In this document: positions 50,301-63,090 of the stretch, in pieces
Numbering within the stretch: the stretch's first letter is position 1
Layout: every line of letters starts with the position of its first letter
Assembly (NCBI RefSeq): GCF_964194155.1
Contig: NC_135889.1
Span: 45,074,001 to 45,138,000 of the forward strand
DNA length: 64,000 bases
Direction of reading: 5' to 3'
DNA from: Cetorhinus maximus
Taxonomy: Eukaryota
The notes under the pieces: generated by a model
Database searches by the model: none
Told to the model about the DNA's origin: nothing
What the model saw: only the letters and a program-made list of their open reading frames with translations
Translations under genes and position numbers: made by a program

Positions 50301-50699
50301 CCTTTGCACAATTTTGTTAAAAATATGTTGCCACTTTATCGCTATAATCTCTTCAACAATTTAAAGAATTGCAAGTATGCTTTTAAAGAAATCTGCATTT
50401 TACAGCATTTAATTGCGCTAACATTCCCTAGAGCCCATTTGCAGGCAAATGGCCTAATGAATAAATAGTCACCCTCTATCTCTTGCAGCTTAGTTGTAAG
50501 TATGTTTGAATCATGAGCACCCTCAGAACTCAAGGGTCAACCACTTCTAGTAATGGGCTGGTTTTTCATCTTTGAAAGGATACTTAGATATTGTGATACT
50601 GTGAAGTCCAGTAAGCAGGTAAACATAAATGATCTCGTGTAAAAACATGGTACACTACTTGGCCAAGTCGTAGCTGCTTTGATCCATTACCAAGGCTGC

Positions 50700-51260
50700 T
50701 TTATCATCCCCTAAACACTGCTCGCCTCTAACCAACATCTCCCCGCTGCACAGTGGAAACCCTAACTTATGCCTCTATTACAAAGACTGAAATTCTCTAG
50801 CATTCTCCTTATTGGCTTTCTCCACTTCTGTCCTGCATAAATCACAACTCATCCAGAACATCTCAACGATATTCTCACCTGAACTAAGGCCTGCATCCCT
50901 AAACTTTCCAGGATCAATAGCTCCCCATTGAATTGACTTCAAGATCCTTGTTTTCACCTTAAAATCACTTCAGTCTAGCATTTTCTTCCCACTAAGGTGC
51001 CTTTGCATACACTTTTGCTACAGCCTACTTCCTGCTCCCCAATGTACTATTGATTGCTTCTTCCTAAGCCACTATATTCCCATTCAATGAAACTCTCTCC
51101 CTCCTCATCTCCTTGCCATCTGTCTTGTCATCTCCCTCTCTACTGTCGAAAGACTATCAACCCTCCTCTTTGGCTGTCTGCATTCCCTCCACACAATCAT
51201 TGTAAAGTACTTAAGGCACTTCTCAGTGTGAGGAAAGCTATAAAATACAAGCAGTTGATT
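50700..51260 (+). mobile_element. old L2-like 3' fragment
   Basis: caactcatccagaac (QLIQN), attgacttcaagatccttgtt (IDFKILV), 3' gctataaaatacaag. Confidence 0.55.
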
Positions 51261-51668
51261 CAAACATTTTTAAAAAATCACCTATATTAATTCCTGACCT
51301 GATGCTATTCATGTTCCAACATATACAACCTTTATGATCAACTTTGTTGTTACATGTCCAGACCTTTTGTCTTCAATAGTGGATCACACAAAAACCCATA
51401 TGGTTGACTCCACTTTTGTTGCTGAGTCTAATGCCATGATGAATTTTTGTACATTAATACAAAGAAAAACCTGTATTCATTGTTTAATAAATAACAAAAC
51501 ATCAAGGAGTTACACAACTCTTCAAAATAGTAAATATTTACTTAGAATTTAAGAGTCGATGGTCCATTGGAGTTAAAACAGTATATAAAATGAAAATGCA
51601 TTTAAAAATGAAATTTGTAATAAAAATACATTTTGTTCCACAAGCAAGACTGAAACTATTGTTCAACG

Positions 51669-52742
51669 TTAAGACAAAAGAAGCTGACATTCTTCTTCCA
51701 TCAATCCTTTAAAAACATCATAATGGTGATTAAGATCCTTTTTTGTATGTATTTTATATTTAGTGCCCAATGCTCCATCAGGAGAAGATGTTGCATAAAA
51801 AACTGTGCGTATTCTGGAGTGGACCAGTGCCATAGCACACATTACACATGGTTCTCTTGAAACATATAGATCATAGCCAGTGCATATGTAGGGCAGCCCA
51901 TTTACAATAGCTCCTGTGGAACTATAATCCTTTGAAGGAAGCAAAGGTTTACCAACGTTGATTACGTAGTCATCGGAAAAGGATTCTAAAGACTTAAAAT
52001 GACAGTTAGGATATTTGTTATGATTAAAAGCACCACCACCTTGTCCATAGGCAACTAGATCAATACACACCATAACTGCATGAAGCAGTGGATTTGGTCC
52101 ATTTCTGCAGTCATGACCTACTGCAATAATCTCATCAGTGGCTGGGTTAACAACCACTGCACCTACTGGCTCCATCCCCATTTCCTTTCCTAATTTAGCC
52201 GTTTCGATAGCTTTTTCCATAAAAGTCTGCATTTTTGCTCTCTTTTCAGCATTAAAAAGACGACCTTGGAGGGCATCAGTCACCTGCTTGTTTTCATGGA
52301 AAGTTGTTGGCCAGTGCTGGCTAGCTGCTTCAAACTGAGGTCTGGTCAATGGTTGGTATGCTGGTATCTTGACGTGAAAAGGTTCTCCAAGTCCAATGCC
52401 ATCAGCCTTTCCTTCAGGAAAGAGGTCACTGAGAGATACTTCTCCATTTGGTACATCCGTGTCATTCAAATCCCTGAGCAGACAAATTATAATTTCTAAA
52501 GCATGATCAGTGTTCTTCTCCCTGCATGTTCGTACTCTCTTGATATGTGGAAGGTTGTTCAGTGGATAGAGACAAGCCAATTGTTTAATGAGACAAGATG
52601 TTTGTTTTTTATTGATAATAGGGGCTGCATATGCTTCTAGAAGTTCAACTTCACACAATTTCTCATCTGAAAGTACAGGCCTCAGCTCCCAAGTGAAAGT
52701 GCTGATTGCCCTTGTTTTTCTCTTTTTGCACTCTGGCTCCAT
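51669..52742 (-). CDS. ADAT3: tRNA-specific adenosine-34 deaminase non-catalytic subunit ADAT3, 357 aa, single coding exon
   Basis: HLKRV-like PHIKRVR, PLTRPQFEAASQHWPTTFH, LLHAVMVCID (V replaces the catalytic E of HAE), YICTGYDLYVSREPCVMCAMALVHSRI, LNHHY. ATG at 52742; acceptor tttccttcag| gives exon start 52792, so the TTG start of the ORF track is intronic. Confidence 0.96.
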   Translation of the reverse strand: MEPECKKRKTRAISTFTWELRPVLSDEKLCEVELLEAYAAPIINKKQTSCLIKQLACLYPLNNLPHIKRVRTCREKNTDHALEIIICLLRDLNDTDVPNGEVSLSDLFPEGKADGIGLGEPFHVKIPAYQPLTRPQFEAASQHWPTTFHENKQVTDALQGRLFNAEKRAKMQTFMEKAIETAKLGKEMGMEPVGAVVVNPATDEIIAVGHDCRNGPNPLLHAVMVCIDLVAYGQGGGAFNHNKYPNCHFKSLESFSDDYVINVGKPLLPSKDYSSTGAIVNGLPYICTGYDLYVSREPCVMCAMALVHSRIRTVFYATSSPDGALGTKYKIHTKKDLNHHYDVFKGLMEEECQLLLS

Positions 52743-53379
52743 TATACCTTCAACATAAGAATTGGGAGATTTGTTATAGTGAGTGTCAGAAGCTGAAGGA
52801 AATAGGAAAACAGTTAAACAATCAAAGTCCAAAAGTTGTATCTTCTATTCTTCCCAAATAGTTCCTTTACAAAGCAGTAGCCAAAAATATACAATCCATT
52901 TGGAATGCACACTGAGACTGTGAAAGATCACAATTCCTAGCTACCAGAGCTCCAACTTAGATTCTATTTTACTTAAGAGTATTTGCTCTGTGTAACCTAT
53001 CTACCTGCCTTTAGTCTTACTGCACCTGTTCTTAAAATTTGTGCCATCATGATGAGGGATGTTAATGCTGACAAACAGAACACTTTCCATTTTGTTACCT
53101 AAAATTAGCATCAAGTATTTCCAGTTGAGCTGTTGGTACTTAGTTAAAAAGTTAACATCAATATGCCATACGTATTCTTCAGGATATATTTCACAGTTCA
53201 TCTGAATGTCCTTTGGCACTAACACTTATGAGCAGAGTATATAATGTGCTAGCCAGGGATCAGAGAAAAAAACATACACAAGTAATGTAGTGACTGATCA
53301 TACTATAATGAACCATTCCTAGTTCCCATGATACTATGGTCATCTCTTATGGTATCACTGCACAAATGAATGAGAAATT

Positions 53380-54420
53380 ATTATTGAAACATATAAGATG
53401 AGGGGACTTGACAGGGTGGGTGCTGAGAGGATGTTTCCCCTTGTGGCGGAGTCTAGAACTAAGGGACGCAATATAAAAATTAGGGATCTCCCATTTAAGA
53501 CTGAGATGAGGAGAATTTTTTTCTCTGAGGGTCGTTAATCTGTGGAATTCTCTTCCCTGGAGAGCAGTGGAGGCTGGGCTATTGAATATATTCAAGGCCG
53601 AGTTAGATAGATTTTTGATCGACAAGGGAGCCAAGGGTTACTGGGGGCAGGCAGGAAGATGGATTTGAGGCCACAATCAGATTGGCCATGATCTTGTCAA
53701 GTAGCGGAGCAAGCTCGAGGGACTGAATGTCCTATTCCTAATTCTTGTGTGAGAGAAATAGCTGATATGGTCTCCTCAAATGGTGTAAAATTGATGGGAA
53801 CAGGTAAAGGGGCTTCAAGATTGTTAAACACCTTAATACTCAGCGTGCCGAATCAATGCAGCGCAGTAATCAACAAAGCCAACAGAATGTTTAACTACAT
53901 AACCAAAAGAAAAGGAGACAAATCAGGGGAAGTGGTGAACAAAATGTATAGTGGCTGTAGTACTGTGTTCAGTTCTGATTGCTGAGGTACAAGGGAGACA
54001 TCCAAGTACTGGAGGCAGTGCAGAGAAGGGACACAACATTGGCCCCTTACGTCAAATTTATGGAAAAAGGTTGGAGAAACGACCCATTTGAAATGAGGAT
54101 TTAGAGGAACCGAAGATAGTTAACGGACTTAAGATGTTAAATCCAAGATATTATGTTAAAGTGAGACTGCAGATTGTGAAAGTAGAACAGGCGACACAGG
54201 TTCAAATCAGTAACAAGTTAACTTAGAAATGTTATCAGGAAATTATTCATGGCAGACTGATCAGCACTTGAGATGGATCTGGAGATCGACTACTTGACGT
54301 GAAAATCCTGGAATTATTCCAGAAATTATTGCATATGCAATGGTCGGGGTGTGGGGCGTTGCGAGATACTAAACAGTCCCAATGAGAGGAGGAGCCAAAA
54401 TAAGCCACTTGGTCCTCTCT
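53380..54420 (+). mobile_element. two CR1 3' fragments (younger 53380-53750, older 53800-54420)
   Basis: attgaaacatataagat...ctgtggaattctcttccc...tagatagatttttg; second copy INKANRMFNYI...YSGCSTV. Confidence 0.75.
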
Positions 54421-54599
54421 ATCCTAGTATGGATTACCCACTCTTCCAGGCTCTTTACCGTCAGTGTTAGAATGGGCGAAGAAGGTGGCGTCAACAATTT
54501 AAACATTCCAGTGAAGTGCTGCGATACCAGCTGGAAACCAAGCTAACATCAGATACCCAGCCCCAAATTGCTGCTGTTTATTCGGTAGCTGACGGTGTC

Positions 54600-54790
54600 T
54601 CCTTACCCGCTAACAGTGCGACCCCTTGTCAAACACCGGCTACCGGATCCGAGTCCCACCCTGAAACAGCACCCACAGGCTTCTTCCGCCGCCTTCGGTG
54701 CACCGACACTAACCGATCCCCCGCCCAACATCTCTGGTCCCCCTGCAACAGTACCGGGCGCTTTCAGAGAGCAGCAGGCTGCAATATTCA
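54600..54790 (-). promoter_or_regulatory. probable ADAT3 promoter and non-coding first exon
   Basis: CpG cluster, GC box (ccccgccc 54719-54726), ETS-like CGGAAG on minus (~54682-54687), donor GCGG|gtaagg at 54607/54606, 1.8 kb upstream of the ADAT3 acceptor. Confidence 0.7.
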
Positions 54791-54834
54791 CTCAGTTGTT
54801 CATTTCAGAAACTCAATTTTTATGAAGGTATCAG

Positions 54835-55246
54835 TTATCATATGAGGATTTCCAGAAACATCAACTTAATTGTATTTCCATCCATTGTTTCATATCTGCC
54901 TTTTAGCCCATTTCGATCCCTCCCCGCTACCCCCCAACTAGGGCTATCTGTACCTTTATTATCACATTCCTTAGATAATATCACCAGCTTCAACACCTCT
55001 TTGTGACATCTTTTGGTTATCTCCACCTATCACTGGCCCTCTATCCAGCTCTACCTGTTCCCCCACCCCCTTTAAACCAGCTTATATTTCACCTCTTTTC
55101 TATTTTTCCTTAGTTCTGTTGAAGAGTCATACGGACTCAAAACGTTAACTATGCTCCTCTCCGCAGATGCTGTCAGACCTGCTGAGTTTTTTCAGGTAAT
55201 TTTGTTTTTGTTTTGGATTTCCAGCATCCGCAGTTTTTTGCTTTCA
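54835..55246 (+). mobile_element. Penelope-type 3' terminal fragment
   Basis: 55080-55245 is nearly identical to 26490-26655; hammerhead-like core has GAAA changed to AAAA. Confidence 0.8.
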
Positions 55247-55524
55247 ACTTAAATAACTTAAGTCATGCCAACACCATTCTCATAAATCAAGAGACAAAAT
55301 CTTCAAAAGATCAAGACATTTGTTGTAAAAATAAAGTAGTTACTTCCAAGCATAAACCAACATAGATTGGCAGTTGGGTTGGTTTATAAATTTATAATGG
55401 TTTATTGGTGGCTTATTTAATCTTAAACATGGTGCTTTCACAAACTACTTTCCAATGTGAGCCCATTTTAACACTTGAAAAATAATGTAACTCAGATGCC
55501 AACAAAAACAATAAAGCAGCATAG

Positions 55525-55820
55525 TTTTTTCATGGAATGTAGGCTTTGCTGGCTGGCATTTATTGCCCATTCCTAATTGCCCTTGAGAAGGTGGTGGTGA
55601 GCTGCCTTCTTGAACTGCTGCAATCCATGTGGTCTGAGGGAGGGAGTTCCAGAACTTTGACCCAGCGACAGTGAAGGAATGGCAATATATTTCCAAGTCA
55701 GGATGGTGAGTGACTTGGAGGGAACTTCCAGGAGGTGGTGTTCTCATCTATTTACTGCCCTCGTCCTTCCAGATGTTGTGAGTTTGGAAGGCACTGTCTA
55801 AGGAGCCTTGGTGAATTCCT
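55525..55820 (-). mobile_element. LINE 3' end sharing the SINE-type tail
   Basis: Reverse complement ends ...ccttctcaagggcaattaggaatgggcaataaatgccagcc...; a similar piece in plus orientation lies at 62610-62770. Confidence 0.65.
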
Positions 55821-55880
55821 GCGATGGCAGGAATAGTAACATTCAGCATATGATTATTAAAGTTTGCATATCAACGTACA

Positions 55881-56530
55881 GGGGAGAATCTTCCAGTCGG
55901 TGAGTGTGGGCGGGGCCCGCTCACCGACGCATAAAATGATGCAGGATGATGTCGGGCAGAACTCCCGATGTCACCCTGCGTCATTTCAATTTTCAGGTCG
56001 GTGGGGGTGCAGCCGAATCAGCTGTGCCCCCGCCGATCTGTCAATGGCCTATTGAGGCCATTAATAAACCAATTTAGGCAATTGACAGGGTTGCCCATCC
56101 GGCCGGCAGGCCGGAAGCCCTGGCGAGCTTAAGAAAAAGCATGAAACCTCATCCACGGGCGGAATTAGGTTTCATGAGGGCTTTTAAATATTTAATAAAG
56201 TTTTCAGTTGAAGTGATGGACATGTCCCAACTCATGTGACAGTGAGGGGACATGTCAGCGAAATTTTTTAAACATTTGTCTTAAAAGTTTTAATTCCGAG
56301 GCGATCTCCCTGAAGCAGCACTTAGCCTCAGGGAGATCTATGCGCTCATTTGCACACATATGCGAAAGAGCGCACTCTCGGCTGAGGGAATTCCCCCTCC
56401 CCCCATTATGTGCTCCCTGGTGGACATCATGCTGGGCGGGCCTTAATTGGCTCACCCATGTAAAATGGCAGCGCACCCCCTGCACTCCCACTCCCCCCCC
56501 ACAATGTGGGGGGGGAGGGGGATTTTTCCC
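55881..56530. mobile_element. non-autonomous Harbinger-like element (MITE)
   Basis: Imperfect TIRs ggggagaatcttcc / gggatttttccc; same family as 9598-10220, opposite orientation. Confidence 0.65.
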
Positions 56531-56654
56531 ATAATAAACAATATATAGTATAAATATAAAAATCTGTTTTTAAAGTACTTTGTAAACATGTCAATATTTT
56601 ATGTACTCATGTTTCATGTCAAGTTTTCCATATTCATCAGTGACAGTGGACTCA

Positions 56655-56900
56655 CTGTAATCAGCCCCTCTCCCCCTACAGTAATCAGCCCCTCTCCCCT
56701 CTTCTCCCTACAGTAATCAGCCCCTCTCCCCTTTCCCCATCCACACACAAAGTAAACTGTCCATCTCATCAACCCCTCTCCCGTATCTCTCCCTCGCCAC
56801 ACACAGTAATCAGCCCCCTCCCCTTCCCCCACCCATACACACAGTAATCAACCCCTCTCCCCTCCCCCAAACATACAGTAATCAGCTGCTCTCCCGTCTC
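56655..56900. repeat. irregular minisatellite built on cagtaatcagcccctctccc
   Basis: About 6-7 copies of the motif with variable C/A-rich spacers. Confidence 0.8.
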
Positions 56901-58251
56901 CCCCACTCGCCTCACACCTTTTGCTCTAGTTGCCAGTACCTATGCAGCCCAGGTAAAGAGCCTATACAATAGGGTTTAACTGTGTCTAAATGTATTTTTG
57001 GCGGTTTCATCACATGACTTGCCCCTATGCTCCAGCCATTAGTTGGCCAACACATCCATCCTTGTAATGCACTGCCTTCCTATGTCAACTGGAAAGCAAA
57101 AAGACTCATTACGCAATTGGATGATGCTTAAATGTCAGCCAAACAGCCTTTTCCTCCTCAATTTTCAATATTTTTATATCTGGTAAAGAGAAATGTTGAA
57201 AGAAAATGACAAAAAAAAATCCTTTCAATGTTCCGATGATTTTTCTCCAGGATTGCACAGGACAGTGTCCTGGAGATTAATCTTTAATTCCTGGAGACTC
57301 TGGGCTAATTTTGGAGGGTTGGCAACCCCACTGTACAACAGGAGCAGAAACACAATAAAGTTTGAAGCCGCTATTCAGCTTCCTGGCTCAGTCGCACGAC
57401 CTCCTGGTTTTGGCTTTTCCAGCTCACAGTCAGTGCCTGAGTTACACTTGCCTGCCTCTGTCTGCACCAATTCGGTGCACAAACATTCAGGACCCAGCAG
57501 CGCTTGCTGCTAAAAGTGTTTTCTGAGGTTAAGGAGCGTTTGGGCTCATCATCCGCCCTGCACTGTTTGGTGACAAGCCATCAGTGAGTCCAGGGCTGTC
57601 CCACCCAATTGTCTGCTCCACAGTCACCATTGTTGCTTCAGCGGAGGGGGATCACGCAACCTTAATTGCTACATTTATGACTCCATCGGGTCAGAGTTTG
57701 GAAACCCCTGCTGTAACAGGGCAGAACTCTTTACTAAAACTATTTCTCAAAATGCATTACGAAAACTTATTGTTAAAACATCCTACCTATCCCCACACGT
57801 ATTAAAGAAAGATCCATTTGCACTGTTAAAACCCCCATGATTTTGAACACTTTTATTTACAAACGTAATCAACTAACTAACCCAAAGACTAAAGCACATA
57901 AGTTTAGTTATATTGTTATATTATTCATAAAGAAATAGGAACTAATTGTTATACAAATGTACATCCAGGGTGATACATTTACTGCTGCACTGCAGTAAAG
58001 GTGCCAAGCGACAATGTATCAGTCCACCAGCCACATGGAGAGCTGTAAGAAGTACACTTAATGAAGCTCCAGCAGTTTGAGTTTAAAAGTGTGATTATTT
58101 AGAACTACTGAGAACCAGAAAACATAACAGCTTCAAACTGGTTCCTTGCATCCTGCCATTATAAAGCCATATTTTATATCAAAAATTATTTTATGGATTT
58201 ACTGGCTGAAAACCACTAATTGTGTTTTAAAAGACTGAAACCGCATCCCAG

Positions 58252-59020
58252 TGTTATGACCCAGCAGTTGTTAAAGCTGAGTTATTTAAAAATCCCAGAG
58301 GCATACTTTAAACAACTGTCATAACTTATATTTTCATGAATGTTTGAGATGCAACTCTAAATTCAGGAATCAGACCACCAATTCTCGAGAGGTTTTATAT
58401 TAAACTAAATGAAACATTTTATTGATTTACACAAGCTAAATAAACACACTTGGCTACAAATTGCTACTATCATAACTTTTAACAAATTCCCAAACTAAAT
58501 CTCCATTAAGGCAACAGCAACCCATAGGCTTAACCAGATACCAGGTAAAGCACTTTCACCTTACAAATTCAAAATGAGGTTCTTTTCACTTTGGTTTCTG
58601 TGGAGACAATTGGAGGCTTACTGCTGCTTTGATCTTACATTGCCTCTGCCCTGCACACACAAAACTGTTATTGGTTATATCCAGCACATCTCATTGAATG
58701 TAAGTTCTCATTGTATCACCAGCCTCGTTGAACTCCACCTCTTCTAACAATAAAACCCCTTTCATAGTACCAATTTTATTAGTAATATAAACATATTGCT
58801 TGGTCTCTGCTCACTAGGTGCCAGATTTCACCCCACTTCTTGAATGCTCTGTTCAAAAAAATGCAAATGCAACCTACCTCTCTTACATTTCAAAACCAGC
58901 ACACATTAAAACACCCAGGTTAGCTGGCTTTAATCCAATTAAGGCACACCCACAGACTAAACCTCTATTTTAAAAGAAAACTATTTCCCCAATAATATAA
59001 ACATTAATAGCTTTATGACA
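58252..59020. mobile_element. solo LTR with 4-bp target-site duplication
   Basis: Starts TGTTATGA, ends TTATGACA; flanked by CCAG at 58248-58251 and 59021-59024. Confidence 0.75.
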
Positions 59021-59024
59021 CCAG

Positions 59025-60042
59025 TGTCTTGAAACAGCAGTTTCTAAGGTGGCTGAACTATTGCATGATGGTACCTTAGACATTCGAGAACCATTAAAAT
59101 GGAGTCAATCTGTCATAAAAACCCCAAGAGAGACAATTACCTTGAAGGAGTATGAATGGGATCATCTCCTAACCCATTCACAGAACATCCAGACAATCAC
59201 TTGGTTATTCACCTGGGTGGGGACTACTTAATAGATGAAATCATCTCAGACAATGAACTCTAGCTGAAAAAGGAATTCACTCAGCCATAATCTAATCATG
59301 TAAACTATGAACCCAGAATTCACTAGCCACGACCATGTTTGGGTTACTGGTCAACTGAAGAGAGAGGGTCATGTAACAAACCAACTAACTCTCTTTTGAG
59401 TTTAAGAGACTGTTTTTCTCAAGAACACAAGGACAGAAGCCAAAGAGACGCCAAAGAAGCAGGACCCTTGAGTGGGCCTCTCTCTCTCTCTCTCTCTCCA
59501 TCCTACCTGAAAGTTTGAGCCCTGTCCACTGATTGACCATCCACTTGCTCCAGGCAGTGATTTAAGAATTAACCCAGCAGCTGCTGACTTCATAAGAACA
59601 GAGGTAACAGAGATCTGACAACATATTTAAATTGCCTTGATGCCAGATCCAGTGGAACCACCAAGCTCAGCCTGAAACCGTCCCAGTCATCAGCCTACAA
59701 GACCCATATACCTTTAACTTTTATTGGACTCTAAAAAATCTCCTTAATCTATCCTCCAACTCTGTAACTTGTGAGTGTGTGTGAACTTTGAGTGTGTATG
59801 TGTGTGTCTAAGTTGCAGCGTTTTTATTTTTTATTAGATTGGGTGTTAAGTACAATAAATACTGTTCTCTTTTCTTTTTAAAAACCTACAAGGAAACCTG
59901 TCTGTGTATGTTCTTTTACAGTTACAGCACGAAAACAGTTAAACACTCACTGAATTGGCAAGCATATCCTTTTAAAAAATCTGTTGCGGTTAAACGAGAA
60001 GTAAAGGGTAAGTCATCCTACCCTTCTTCACCTGATTGTTTC
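59025..60042 (+). mobile_element. probable second solo LTR
   Basis: Starts TGTC, ends ...cttcacctgattgtttCA; contains (TC)n, (TG)-rich tract and AATAAA near 59855; no clear TSD. Confidence 0.45.
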
Positions 60043-61507
60043 ACTACGTCCTGGTCTAACTGACACTTTCAAAGCTGCAATGATTTATTTTTGTGACTTT
60101 AACCAGGACTCTCATTCAGATGAAGGCCTCCAAAACCTCTTCCCCCAAAACCAGCAGCTGAACCTGGGCTACAATTCACAGAACAAGCCATTACTTCAGA
60201 CCAAGACTAAGACACCAACCTGGAGCTTCCCTCCAGTTACACCTCCACATCTCCAAGAGCCACCTCCACACCAAGGTGTGTCACAAAACTGGCAGCAACC
60301 ACCAGCCCATGCTTTCTCTCTCTTCCCTGAGCTTTCGTCTTTCCGTTTCAGGGTCTTGTACATGGCCACCATTATCCACCTCTTTTACTATCCTCATCTC
60401 TAATCATTCAGCACCATCAAGTGGTGGCTCCAATGGGGGAAATGACATGTAGTAGAGAGATCATGTTCACTTGGCTTAACCACAAGAGAAAATATGTTTT
60501 TGCAAAATTCCATAATTTCTGAGGCATCACACAATTTCACAACTGACGTTTCACTCTTCTTAGAAATTGAGTCTCTGTAACTTTCAAACTTCAGCTTAAT
60601 TTAATTGGGTTCTTTTCATTACCCAGTCCTGTGTCCTTAGGAATCATAAGGTACAACCAACACTGAAAATTGTCACTCAGGAGCCTATGTTATTAGTGAC
60701 ATTTTTAAAGGTAGGATATGCTCTTATTGGTTAAGTGCTTTGCAGTCTGAAGAAGCTGCCATTCAATATTCAATGGCAATACAGACAGGGGAAACTGTAT
60801 GAGACTACAGCTGATAACATGCAGAATTACAGTTTGAAAATGTGCTGTCTTCGAATTAGGATCCATGAGCATTTGGTTGATAATGTCCAGTTACAGCCTA
60901 CTCAGACAATTGTAGTCTTAATTGAATATATTTGCTACTCTGGAAGTAATGCATAAGTGTTAGTTTACTTCTCTCCTAAATTTTCACTGTTGTATACTAA
61001 TGTTTCAAATCTGTAAATACAATGTTATCCAAGTTGTAGAATAGGTGTTGCAATGCAAATTTAAAAAGCTGTGAAATGAAATATATTGAAGACTGTCAGT
61101 TAACTGTAGTGCACAACAGAAATTCCCAAATAACAGCAATGTCCTGAAGAAACTCCAAAATTACTATAATGGCTTAGGGTGGCTTTCAAATGGCTACAGT
61201 GTACTGGAGGACATCAAAATAGCTGTAATATAGTGGAAAGATTCTCACAGATCTAATGTGCATTGGAAATATCCCAGAATAACTCTTGTATACTGAAGCA
61301 ACTCAAATTACTTCAGTCCACATGTCAAATAGACTTATATTTATAGTACCTCAGATTTTACTTAGATTGACATTACTCCCAATATAGTAAACAATGTAAG
61401 GGATGAGCAGGTTGTTACATAATATTAGGAATACGATCCACAGTTGCACAGAATTCATCAACATGAGAATTACAATAAAAGGATACCATTCCTCTCATTG
61501 TGATTGT

Positions 61508-62240
61508 TGGCTCAACTAGGCCAAGTTCCAAACCATAGGATTTCAAGTAAATTAGTGATAAAAGTTGGAAAGCTAATCAATCTCCTTTACAAAGACTATT
61601 AAAAGATTACGTGAAACATATCTTGTTCTTAATTAAAGTACAAAATAGACAACTCTTGATTTTTAGTCAAATGTTCCAGATGTAATTTTGCTTTAAAACC
61701 AGAAACAACATCTTTGTCAATTACTCAGATTGAGCTCTACCATTTGATTGGTAGTTTAGTTTTCCACTGATGAATCAGGCAAGGCTTTGATAATGAGCCA
61801 ACCCCTCCCACCGCCGTCCCAAAAATAACATTTTGATTATAACCCTTTGCGGTGAAGTAGGTTCAGTTACACATGGCCAGGTTTCCAGTCAAATGTAGCT
61901 GCATGCTCCTGTACTGCTAATGATAAGCCTGTGCCAATATGTGAACATGATTTGTCAGATGATATTGTGTTTCCTGCCAGTGTTCTGTGAGCTGACACGT
62001 AGGCCTGCAAAAGGAATCCAATCCCTCACTCTTGGCTTAACTAGGCTCAGTTCCAAACCATAGGATTTCACATAAACTGAATGATAGAACTCAAAAAGCT
62101 AATCAAGTTCCTTTACTATTGAAACCTGATACGAATCTCGATCTTAAATTAAAGTACATCAGGAATAACTATGATTTTTAAAATTAAACAACCAAGACGT
62201 GATTTTGTTTAAAAACCACGGGCAAGATCTTTGCTAACTA
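61508..62240. repeat. diverged direct duplication (~61508-61725 and ~62033-62240)
   Basis: Shared blocks tggct.aactaggc..agttccaaaccataggatttca, aagctaatcaa..tcctttac, aattaaagtaca, catctttg/gatctttg. Confidence 0.8.
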
Positions 62241-62804
62241 CTTCTCCAGTTTGAGGTTATCACTGCTCTTTTGGTATGGTGGATAGAGCCACATATCTAC
62301 CAGTTTATGCACATCAGGTGGACAATCATAAAACACAATATACTACAACCGCTGTAGTCTATATGGGTGCTCACACAATACTGTTAAGTCAGGGATTTTA
62401 GGATTTTGACTCAGCAACAACAAATGAACATAAATCACATATAGGCCAGACTGGGGAAGGACAACAACTTTCCTTCTCTAAAATACATTAGTGAACTAGC
62501 TTTAATATGCTAGCTAATACCAGATTTTATTTGAAGTGTTTTAAAAACTGAATTCAAGTTCTCCAACTAGCTTGGTTGGTTTTGCTTGCACTATCTAGTT
62601 TATTAGTCCAGTTAAAATCCTGGAATTCCCTTCCTAACAGCACCATGGGTGTGTCTACATCACATGGATTGTAGCAGTTCAATAAGGCACCAACCACCTT
62701 CTCAAGAGCAAGTAGGGATGGGCAACAAATGCTGGTCTTGTCAGTGACATCCACATCCTGTGAATGAGTAATTAATAAAACTACTACTGCAGCCCTTGTA
62801 TGCA

Positions 62805-63090
62805 TGAGTGGTTGTCTGTGAGTGTGGATGTACGTGTGTGAGTGAGTGTGTGTATGCATGTGAGAGTGTATGTGGGAGTGAGTGTGTGTGAGTGTGAATC
62901 TGTGTGTATATGTGAGTGTATGTGTGTGATGCGTAAGTGTGTATGTGAGTGTGTGGGTGTGACTGTCTGTATATGAGCAAGTGCATCCGACTTGTGAGTG
63001 TATGCGTGTGTATATGCATCTGTGCAAGTATGTGTGTGTTTTTGTGTTTGTGTATTTGTGTGTGTGTGTCGGCAAGTGTGCGTGTGTTTG
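62805..63090. repeat. imperfect (TG)n-rich simple repeat
   Basis: Long gtgtgt/atgtg tract; produces the THTH ORFs. Confidence 0.9.

Noticed and set aside
52743-52832. 30-aa N-terminal extension of ADAT3 in the ORF track
   Set aside because: Starts at TTG and runs through a polypyrimidine tract and AG acceptor at 52793; first ATG is at 52742.
54607-54731. Possible 43-codon uORF in ADAT3 exon 1 (ATG 54731, stop just after splicing)
   Set aside because: The ATG lies upstream of the GC box, so it is probably outside the transcript; cannot be supported without TSS data.
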